From positions 1 through 56,031 of the forward strand of contig JABIGQ010000039.1 in assembly GCA_018650085.1 (NCBI GenBank): a stretch of DNA of 56,031 bases, read 5' to 3'. Source of the DNA: Candidatus Magasanikiibacteriota bacterium (GTDB taxonomy: Bacteria; Patescibacteriota; Patescibacteriia; Magasanikbacterales; UBA922). The notes under the pieces are model-generated. The model was not told the origin of the DNA, made no database searches, and saw nothing but the letters and a program-made list of their open reading frames with translations. Of this stretch, positions 29,290-36,851 are shown in pieces. The position numbers and the translations under genes were made by a program. Every line of letters begins with the position of its first letter. Within the stretch, counting starts at the first letter, position 1.

Positions 29290-30547
29290 AAAATATATAT
29301 TTATTATTGGTGTACTATGTAGTATTTTACTCATAACACCAGTATTTGTTTTTGCTCATCATACATATGATGGACAGTTAGGAGTAGGGGGGAATCAAGA
29401 TGAAATAAATATCTTAAATAAAAAAATTGCAGATAAACAAGCAAAAGTAAAAGAAATAGAAAAAAGTATATCCGCATATAAAACAAAGATCAATCAAAAA
29501 CGGCTAGAAGCAGTATCATTATCAAATCAAATGAGTATTTTGGATAATCGTATTGTTCAAGTAGAGTTAGATATAGAGGCGACAGAATATAAAATGGATA
29601 CATTACAATTAGAAATTGAAGCACTTGATCTGCAAGTAGGAAAAAAAGAGACAGTCATGTTTAGACAAAAAAAGATTATAGGTGATCTTTTACGAACAAT
29701 CCAACAAAATGATGAAAAAAAGTATATTGAAATTGCTGCATCATATGAAAACTTTTCTGAATTTTATAATCAAGTCCAATATATAGAAACGCTAGAGGAA
29801 GGTTTAGGGGATAGTATACGAACACTTCGCTTGGTAAAAGAAGAATTAGAAGAAGCACAAGAACAAAAACAAGAGAGAAAAGACACATATGAAGATATGC
29901 ATAATGACCTTGTGTATAAAAGAGAAGAATTAGATCAACAAATTTTTGTAAAAGAAGATTTACTTGTACAAACACATGCCTCAGAGTTAACATTTAAAAC
30001 ATTGCTTGGAAGTTTGAAAAAAGAATATCAACAAGTAGAGAATGAAATATCTGGAATAGAAAATGAAGTTAGGCGTAAATTAGAAGCACAAAATAAATTT
30101 AAAAATGTAGAAAGTGTTGAACAATCTAAACTATCCTGGCCTTCAGATTGTAGATATGTCACTGCATATTTTCATGATAAAGATTACCCATTTAGACATA
30201 TCTTTGAACACAATGCTATTGATCTTGCTATAGCACACGGAACACCCTTGAAAGCCGCAGCCTCTGGTTATGTCGCAAGAGCGCGTCACTGTAGTACAGC
30301 TAAATGTTATAGTTATGTCATGGTGGTACACAGTGGTGGGATATCCACAGTATATGGCCATATGAGCAATATCATAGTAACAGAAGATCAATACGTTACT
30401 CGTGGTGACGTTATAGGCTACTCTGGTGGACGTCCTGGGACAAATGGAGCAGGTCCGTTTACAACTGGTGCTCATCTACATATGGAAGTACGAAAAAATG
30501 GAATACCAGTAAACCCATTAAACTACTTAGTAAAAGACTGGGACTAA
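29276..30547 (+). CDS. Secreted coiled-coil M23 peptidoglycan endopeptidase
   Basis: Signal peptide, long coiled coil, HNAID (HxxxD), YGHM, TGAHLHMEVR, PVNPL. Confidence 0.9.
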   Translation: MLKNKKYIFIIGVLCSILLITPVFVFAHHTYDGQLGVGGNQDEINILNKKIADKQAKVKEIEKSISAYKTKINQKRLEAVSLSNQMSILDNRIVQVELDIEATEYKMDTLQLEIEALDLQVGKKETVMFRQKKIIGDLLRTIQQNDEKKYIEIAASYENFSEFYNQVQYIETLEEGLGDSIRTLRLVKEELEEAQEQKQERKDTYEDMHNDLVYKREELDQQIFVKEDLLVQTHASELTFKTLLGSLKKEYQQVENEISGIENEVRRKLEAQNKFKNVESVEQSKLSWPSDCRYVTAYFHDKDYPFRHIFEHNAIDLAIAHGTPLKAAASGYVARARHCSTAKCYSYVMVVHSGGISTVYGHMSNIIVTEDQYVTRGDVIGYSGGRPGTNGAGPFTTGAHLHMEVRKNGIPVNPLNYLVKDWD

Positions 30548-30551
30548 ACTA

Positions 30552-30638
30552 TTGCCCCCAAATTAGGAATATGGTATGATGTATAGACAATAGACCTGTT
30601 ACGTAATAAACCTCTGCGCTTATTACTCAACAAGTCTA
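30552..30638 (+). promoter_or_regulatory. Promoter (TTGCCC-17-TATGAT) and 5'-UTR hairpin of the DsbA gene
   Basis: -35 at 30552-57, -10 at 30575-80; hairpin TAGAC-c-TGTT-ac-GTAATAA...TTATTAC-tc-AACA-a-GTCTA at 30591-30638. Confidence 0.6.
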
Positions 30639-30668
30639 AGATTATTTAATTATTATAGATATAATATT

Positions 30669-31406
30669 ATGGAAGAAAAAAAAGGATTTAACCAAATGCT
30701 CAACCAACTAACACCTGTACAAACATTTGCTCTTGGACTAACTCAAGGATTGCTTGTCCTGTGTACTATTGGTTTTTTCATGTTATTGGTAGGAGGAATT
30801 TCTATAAATAGTGAAACTGTAATGGCCGAAGGAACGCCTACTATTGTAAATCCAACTCCTACAGCAGCAGCTGGACAAGTAGCCCCAAGAGTAGTAGATG
30901 CAAAAGTGGACCATATTCTTGGAAATAAAGATGCAAAAGTAACTATTATAGAATATACAGATATTGATTGTCCATATTGTAAACGTTTTCAAACCACAAT
31001 GAATGAAGTTGTAGAGAAATATGGTGATAAAGTGCGTGTGGTACTTCGTCAATTCCCATTGGATGGTTTACACCCAAATGCACGAACAAAAGCACTTGCA
31101 ACAGAATGTGCAGGAGCACAAGGAAAATTCTGGGAATTCATAGATATATTATTTGATAGAGGAACAGATGTTTCTAGGCTTGCTGCAGTAGCAGGGGAGT
31201 TACGTTTAAATGTAAATACATTTAATAGTTGTCTAGCAGATAAAAGCTTTGCCTCAAAGGTACAAGCAGATGAAAGTGACGCCCAAAAAACGGGTGGTCA
31301 AGGGACTCCACATAGTTTGATTGTAGGGCCAAATGGGGAAGTGCAAGTAATAAAAGGAGCACAGCCATTGGAACAAATTGAACAAATGCTACTTCCATTG
31401 CTCTAA
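30669..31406 (+). CDS. Membrane-anchored DsbA/thioredoxin-fold oxidoreductase
   Basis: TM, DHILG..DAKVTIIEYTD.DCPYC, FPL..LHP.A, GTP, GAQP. Confidence 0.92.
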   Translation: MEEKKGFNQMLNQLTPVQTFALGLTQGLLVLCTIGFFMLLVGGISINSETVMAEGTPTIVNPTPTAAAGQVAPRVVDAKVDHILGNKDAKVTIIEYTDIDCPYCKRFQTTMNEVVEKYGDKVRVVLRQFPLDGLHPNARTKALATECAGAQGKFWEFIDILFDRGTDVSRLAAVAGELRLNVNTFNSCLADKSFASKVQADESDAQKTGGQGTPHSLIVGPNGEVQVIKGAQPLEQIEQMLLPLL

Positions 31407-31426
31407 GAGTAATAACAAGATAAATC

Positions 31427-31458
31427 AAAAATCCTACGACATGTCGTAGGATTTTTTT
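31427..31458 (+). terminator. Intrinsic terminator (perfect 30-bp palindrome plus T run)
   Basis: AAAAATCCTACGACATGTCGTAGGATTTTT-TT. Confidence 0.85.
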
Positions 31459-31950
31459 ATATAACATATAAATAAGAAAAGCTTAGTGTCGCACAATGTA
31501 GAAAAGGGGAGCCTATTTATATAGCAGGGAAGTAGTGGTAGTGTTTTCTTATCTATTTTAATAACTTGCTACACTTGAACTTTTAATTAAATGAGCTGCT
31601 CCCAAACATAGCATGAAATATAATCTAAGAAAATATTTTTTATTAATTATTACTATTTATAAATGTAGATTTAATTTTTTTATATAAAAGATGAACCCTA
31701 GTACCTCTAGTTTTGAAGCGCTATTTCGTGGTGTCGCAAAACATAGTTTTCTTTGCTAAAACTAGCGAAATTTAGGACATGAGGTATGTGGCAAATAACA
31801 TGATTTAATCTATGGAAAATAAGATTATTTTTACTTATAAAACATAGTTTAAATATATAGATCTATTGCCTCATAGAACTGCACAGTAGCCCTTTACAGG
31901 CTGTATTGTAGGTTTGCTTGATTGTAATAACAACTATATTATTAGGGGTT

Positions 31951-31978
31951 ATGTCGCATAAGATACATTGTGCGACAT
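31951..31978. other. dif-like Xer recombination site (replication terminus)
   Basis: ATGTCGCATAA-GATACA-TTGTGCGACAT (11-6-11, arms inverted with 1 mismatch) in a long intergenic region where gene orientation converges. Confidence 0.8.
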
Positions 31979-32003
31979 ATGTATATTCTTATAAAAATCC
32001 TTT

Positions 32004-32048
32004 GGAGGTATGATAGATGAAACAACGTGTCTTATCTATCATACCTCC
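32004..32048. terminator. Strong hairpin, probable terminator of the minus-strand small-ORF unit
   Basis: GGAGGTATGATAGAT-15 nt-ATCTATCATACCTCC perfect 15-bp stem. Confidence 0.7.
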
Positions 32049-32073
32049 TCTCCTCTTTAGTGTTTGTGTTACC

Positions 32074-32163
32074 TTAGTATATGCAGAGAGTGTATACCCG
32101 ACATGCGGCATATATACTCAGGAGGAAACAACTTGTCAAGAATATCTTCATCGAAGTTTCCAT
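32074..32163 (-). CDS. 29-aa hydrophobic peptide METSMKIFLTSCFLLSIYAACRVYTLCIY (not in the ORF track)
   Basis: AGGAGG 4 nt before ATG, carried by the repeated leader. Confidence 0.5.
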   Translation of the reverse strand: METSMKIFLTSCFLLSIYAACRVYTLCIY

Positions 32164-32167
32164 TTAC

Positions 32168-32227
32168 CCTCCTAAGACAAAGGTAATGGGGCAAGCAAGT
32201 CTACTTGCCCAGTTTTAGGTTAATCCC
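32168..32227 (-). repeat. Leader repeat, copy 1 (60 bp, with hairpin and SD)
   Basis: Matches 32543-32598 except a CAAG duplication and 2 substitutions. Confidence 0.9.
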
Positions 32228-32281
32228 CCTCCAGCACGCCGGCTCTTACGAGTGGCTGTAACTGGAGGGAGGAAAGAAATT

Positions 32282-32536
32282 CTATTCTAAGATTTTTACC
32301 AACACTTTGGCTAATCCAATTGCTAACCCTATACAGATCAGCCCTAATGCAATACACAAACCACAACCCGAAGAATCACAAGTAGTGTATGTAGCCTTAG
32401 GCGGAGGAGACTGGCAGCCCCCCCATTTTTGTACTTGTTGGATAGGAATTGGAGGAAGAGCTCCCATTTTGGCGGCAGCCTCCCTTTTTAAATTTTTTTC
32501 TCTTCCACGCTTTCTTCTCGTCTGCCTTGTGGCCAC
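32282..32536 (-). CDS. 84-aa basic, Cys-containing protein with C-terminal TM (GTG start)
   Basis: AGGAGG 6 nt before GTG at 32536; Arg/Lys-rich N-terminus, GCGLCIALGLICIGLAIGLA tail. Confidence 0.6.
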   Translation of the reverse strand: MATRQTRRKRGREKNLKREAAAKMGALPPIPIQQVQKWGGCQSPPPKATYTTCDSSGCGLCIALGLICIGLAIGLAKVLVKILE

Positions 32537-32542
32537 GTCCTT

Positions 32543-32598
32543 CCTCCTAAGACAAAAGTAATGGGGCAAGTCTACTTACCCAGTTTTAGGTTAATCCC
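32543..32598 (-). repeat. Leader repeat, copy 2 (56 bp)
   Basis: Minus strand: gggattaacctaaaactgggtaagtagacttgccccattacttttgtcttaggagg. Confidence 0.9.
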
Positions 32599-32689
32599 TA
32601 TTAAGATTAACAGCAAAAAAGTCCTTTTTTTTGTCTAAAAAAATAATAGCATAAATATGCTATTTTGTCTAGGGAAGTGCTAAATTCTC

Positions 32690-33622
32690 CTACTTCCAAT
32701 AAACTCTATCTCCAAACCGCAAATCAATATACCCCACACTTGAACGATCTATTTTTTCTTCCAATAAATACTGCAGTGTATCAAACTGTCTCGTAATATC
32801 TTTTGTTAGATATATATCAATATGCCATCCCTCACGAGTATAGATACGCCCCTCCCCTATCTCACCATCAATTTCAATATACCTAAACGGTATATCTGTT
32901 CTTTCTTTTATTTGAGTAAACCAAGTAATTGCACCAAAAACTATCTCTGTTTGTAAGATTTCTGTATGCTCCTTGTGCTCCTCATTTCGTGTATCATAAA
33001 TAATAGGATAATCTCCCATTTCTGCTACAATTGCTTGTGTTTTTATAATATGTTTTTTTTCAATAATTCTTTCTTCTTCTACTTCTTTTTCCTCTCCATC
33101 TTCTGTCATGATAGTACTTGTCACTATTTCTTTTTTTATATCCCATTCATCATCACCAACAGTTCTTACCACCTCTACCAAATATCCAGATACATCTAAA
33201 TACCCATATTGATGACCATCATCATAAATAACAGTAGACAATTTTTCTGTAACCTCTACATGAATGGTATCTGGGAATTCTTTTTCTACACGAATACCAT
33301 CTATAGCCAAGCGTTCTAGTAAAATATCTTTTATTTCATCTACATTTACCAGAAAATAACTTTTCTTTGGGAATACAAATAATGTTTTATAATCAATAAT
33401 ACCATCCACCATATTTGCTACCTCTGTGGCATTTAATCTTTCTGTCCCAGAAACAGTAATATCTGAAACATGAAAAAAAGGATGATACAATCCCATCCCA
33501 GTCATAGTAAGAACACAAAGAGTCCCTAAAGTAATATAGAGTTGATTTTTCCAGCTTTTTATTTCTAACTTATATGGATTGCGCTGGTGTCTTTGTTTTG
33601 CAAGATCTCGTTTATTGCGCAT
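32690..33622 (-). CDS. FtsQ/DivIB-type POTRA-domain cell division protein
   Basis: N-terminal TM, FHVSDITVSGTERL POTRA, KEFPDTIHVEVTEK, C-terminal YIDLRFGDRVYWK. Confidence 0.85.
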   Translation of the reverse strand: MRNKRDLAKQRHQRNPYKLEIKSWKNQLYITLGTLCVLTMTGMGLYHPFFHVSDITVSGTERLNATEVANMVDGIIDYKTLFVFPKKSYFLVNVDEIKDILLERLAIDGIRVEKEFPDTIHVEVTEKLSTVIYDDGHQYGYLDVSGYLVEVVRTVGDDEWDIKKEIVTSTIMTEDGEEKEVEEERIIEKKHIIKTQAIVAEMGDYPIIYDTRNEEHKEHTEILQTEIVFGAITWFTQIKERTDIPFRYIEIDGEIGEGRIYTREGWHIDIYLTKDITRQFDTLQYLLEEKIDRSSVGYIDLRFGDRVYWK

Positions 33623-33630
33623 GAAATTAA

Positions 33631-34647
33631 TTAAAAACCACGTTTAATACGACGAATTGTTTCTATAGCCCAAGTAATCCAGTATCTACATGATATAGGT
33701 AAATCCTGACAAGGAGTAAGTTCTTTTTCCTCTCCACCAAATCCTTTTTTAAAATGAGTAATCCCAAAGAATGGATGCTTTTTATCTGCGCCCTTTGGTG
33801 CTATACCCCAGAAATTATAATAACGAACCCCACGTTTTTTCCCCTCATTTAACGCTGCCCATTGCAAGGCATATGATGACGGATGCTTCTTGTCTAGCAT
33901 CAATGACGCTCCATGTCTATAAGAAGCCATATGCTTATAATAATACACCACAGCCGCCGCATCTAGCCGTCCATCTGGAAGATAGGCATGAAATACTACA
34001 GCTTGTTTCTCTTTTGAAAATGCTTCAAATTCTTTTTCTACATAACTATCAGAAAATCGCACAAAATGATGCCGTTTTGCAGTTTCATCATGTAAAACAT
34101 TAAACTGTTCCAATGCTTTTTTATCTGTAAATGATTTTATAATCACACCATCACGCTCACATCTTCTAATCAAATTTCTATGATTTTTATTCATAGCCTT
34201 TAGCAAATCTTCTGCTTGTGGACTAAGATCTAGTAGCCATGTGGTTTCTGCAAGCATATGAATAGGTGCATGTCTAAACCCATATTTCTCATATGTTTTT
34301 TCTACAGACTCATCTTCAAATGGACTAACACGAATAAAATGATATCCTTCTTTTTTTCCTTTTTTCTTTAAGTAATCAAATAATACACTATGCGCTTCGT
34401 CCGGCATTTCTCCTATAGGCCCATATGGCAAGAACAAAAAATTCCCACGCTTTGCATGAACACTCACCAGCATAGCCCCACCAATAAGTGTATCTTTATC
34501 ATATACCCCCAGCACCCACGCTTCTTCCCCTTGTGATTTATAAAAATCACCATATTCCCACGCCTGAGTCATAAGTGTATATGTTTGGGTTTCCAAAAAA
34601 TCATCCCAAGTTTCTTTTTTTGTTATTAATTTTACTTCAAAAGACAT
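33631..34647 (-). CDS. FemABX family tRNA-dependent peptidoglycan peptidyl transferase
   Basis: Q.WEYG, LPYGP, TWLLDL..LLKAM....RNLIRR, YNFWGI, GITHFKKGFGG. Confidence 0.92.
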   Translation of the reverse strand: MSFEVKLITKKETWDDFLETQTYTLMTQAWEYGDFYKSQGEEAWVLGVYDKDTLIGGAMLVSVHAKRGNFLFLPYGPIGEMPDEAHSVLFDYLKKKGKKEGYHFIRVSPFEDESVEKTYEKYGFRHAPIHMLAETTWLLDLSPQAEDLLKAMNKNHRNLIRRCERDGVIIKSFTDKKALEQFNVLHDETAKRHHFVRFSDSYVEKEFEAFSKEKQAVVFHAYLPDGRLDAAAVVYYYKHMASYRHGASLMLDKKHPSSYALQWAALNEGKKRGVRYYNFWGIAPKGADKKHPFFGITHFKKGFGGEEKELTPCQDLPISCRYWITWAIETIRRIKRGF

Positions 34648-34656
34648 AATATAAAT

Positions 34657-35637
34657 TTACTGCCCAGCAATGCGCACACCACGCATGCGTTGATATATAG
34701 AAAATAATGTGTAATATGTTTTATCAAATATAATGTCCACTGCATCTGGATGTGAATATAGATGCCCACCAAATCCCGCTTTAAACCGTGCCACCCCAGA
34801 TAATGGATGAGTCCTATCCCAGCAATACTCATGATGGCATAGTGTATTCTCCTTTCCCTTCTCTCCTGTGGGAGCTGTCCCCCAGAGATCATAGGTCTCT
34901 AAGCCTCTTTCCATTGCCCAGGCGATAATATGTTCATGTAGGGCATATGGAGCCATGACAGAGCGTTTCTCGTCAGATGAAGCCCCTATAAGGTAATACA
35001 GCGTATCTTTATATTCTAATGTTATAGCAGTAGCGAGTATATCATTGTCATGTATAGCGTTAAATTGATACACATGTGGCAACTCTAATACTTCTTTTAG
35101 ATATGTATCAGAAATACTCGTATATTGTTGGCGTTTTGTGGTCAATGCATTTAATGTTGCAAATGTTTGATAATCATTTTTTTGTTCTATCTCTACTCTT
35201 TTTTTCTTTGCGAGACGAATATTATATCTTGTTTTTCTGTGCATGTTTGCATATAAATCATCCATTGAACCCTCCAAAGGAAGTATCCACGTATACTGCG
35301 GCTGTCGGTTTATTGTCTTTCTGGTATTGTATGCAGATAAATCAAGATCTGCCAGTGATTCCAAACGAACAAATGCAAATCCTTCTTTTTTTAAATCATC
35401 TAACACCCCGTCAATATGTGATGCAGGAATATCTGCATGTGGAATATATGTCGTTTTTTTTCCCAATGGAAGTCCTGTATTAATTTGTTGTATATCTATG
35501 GTTTCATTATCAAGTGTGTAACTTTTTCGTTTTATATCTCTTCCAATAGATGCCAAAAAATCACCATACTCCCACGTTTGAAGAAAACTTTTTTTTTCTC
35601 CCCATTCAGATTGTGTCTTACCGAGAACGATTTTCAT
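34657..35637 (-). CDS. FemABX family peptidyl transferase (second paralogue)
   Basis: FLQTWEYG, MHRKTRYNIRLAKKK, YLIGASS, MAPYAL, YDLWG, RFKAGFGG. Confidence 0.92.
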   Translation of the reverse strand: MKIVLGKTQSEWGEKKSFLQTWEYGDFLASIGRDIKRKSYTLDNETIDIQQINTGLPLGKKTTYIPHADIPASHIDGVLDDLKKEGFAFVRLESLADLDLSAYNTRKTINRQPQYTWILPLEGSMDDLYANMHRKTRYNIRLAKKKRVEIEQKNDYQTFATLNALTTKRQQYTSISDTYLKEVLELPHVYQFNAIHDNDILATAITLEYKDTLYYLIGASSDEKRSVMAPYALHEHIIAWAMERGLETYDLWGTAPTGEKGKENTLCHHEYCWDRTHPLSGVARFKAGFGGHLYSHPDAVDIIFDKTYYTLFSIYQRMRGVRIAGQ

Positions 35638-36850
35638 AACTCTTTACACAATTGATAATAGTCTCCGCTTCTTTTTTCCCAATATTTCTATTTGTAGGTA
35701 AATTCATGGATCTAGCTGCATAAGATTCTGCATGAGGACACATGCCTTTTTCATATCCAGTAATTGGAGCTTCTTTATATGCAGGAGCAATGGGCGCATT
35801 ATACCAGTTCCCTAGTAAGATCCCATGTTTTTTTGCATACGCAAGTAAGCTCTTTGGGTCTGAAACAAAGAGTGTATAACGTAAAAAAATGTTTTCAGGA
35901 TGATTATGTGGAGTTTCTATATCTGGCAGTGCTTTTTTATATTGTTTTGCAATTGTTTGTCTGTGTACATTTCTTGCATCTAAATCATCTAATTGCCCAA
36001 GTAAAATATGTGCCAATGCATTTGGTAATGTAGCCGGATATGCAGAAATCTGTGCACCACATTTTTCTTGTTTGTAAATAATTTTCCCTGTAAGATGCAG
36101 TTTATTTGAGGCCACAAGTAATATCTTCCCAAAAGATGAATACCCACGTTTTCCTATTTGAAAAAGTGGAATATTATAAAGATATTGAGAAACTTTTAAT
36201 AAAGAAGTCTGTGGAAGCTCCCCGTGTAATGCTTTTATTTTTTTTGCAATTTCTGCGTTATTTGTAATAAGCGCACCACCACGCACACAAGAAATTACTT
36301 TATCTGTCCCAAAACTAAACATGCCAATATCTGCAAAAGTTCCTAATTTTTTACCCTTATACTCCCCTCCTATAGCATGTGCAGTGTCTTCAATAGTACT
36401 AATATTTTTTTCTTTTGCCAAGGCAACAATTTCTTCCACTTTTGCGGGGTTCCCAAAGGTGTGTTGGATAATAATAGCTTTTGTATTTTTTGTAATCTTC
36501 TTTTTTAAATCCGCTGTATTCATGTTTAAATCCTCTAATACATCTACATATACAGGAGTTGCGCCAGTCCATCTAATAGCATTGGAGACAACCATACAGG
36601 TATATCCTTGTACTATTACTTCATCACCTTTTTTTATATCTAATACTTCAATCGCTTTTTGTAATGCAGTTCTTCCACTATCAAATGTAATAGCAGTGCT
36701 TACTTGAAAGTATGTTTGTAACTTTTCTTCTACTTCTGCAATATGTTTTCCTTTACGAATAGAAAACCACTTCCACGGAAGTAGTAAATATGACAATGCT
36801 ATACGCACGTCACTTGATCTTGTATTTGGTAAAAATCCAGTAAATATCAT
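35618..36850 (-). CDS. DegT/DnrJ/EryC1/StrS family PLP aminotransferase
   Basis: SGRTAL, GDEVI, QHTFG, IEDTAHAIG, FSFGTDK (Schiff-base Lys), GGAL. Confidence 0.9.
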   Translation of the reverse strand: MIFTGFLPNTRSSDVRIALSYLLLPWKWFSIRKGKHIAEVEEKLQTYFQVSTAITFDSGRTALQKAIEVLDIKKGDEVIVQGYTCMVVSNAIRWTGATPVYVDVLEDLNMNTADLKKKITKNTKAIIIQHTFGNPAKVEEIVALAKEKNISTIEDTAHAIGGEYKGKKLGTFADIGMFSFGTDKVISCVRGGALITNNAEIAKKIKALHGELPQTSLLKVSQYLYNIPLFQIGKRGYSSFGKILLVASNKLHLTGKIIYKQEKCGAQISAYPATLPNALAHILLGQLDDLDARNVHRQTIAKQYKKALPDIETPHNHPENIFLRYTLFVSDPKSLLAYAKKHGILLGNWYNAPIAPAYKEAPITGYEKGMCPHAESYAARSMNLPTNRNIGKKEAETIINCVKSYENRSR

Positions 36851-36851
36851 A

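Noticed and set aside
31700..31790. Possible folded ncRNA (TACCTC/GAGGTA, CTAGTTTT/AAAACTAG)
   Set aside because: Stems are short and AT-rich with no recognisable family motif; cannot be supported without covariation
32307..32561. 84-aa plus-strand ORF
   Set aside because: No SD or promoter; the opposite frame has AGGAGG supplied by the repeated leader
32168..32598. Repeat pair as a CRISPR array
   Set aside because: Only two copies of 56-60 bp separated by about 315 bp; no cas genes
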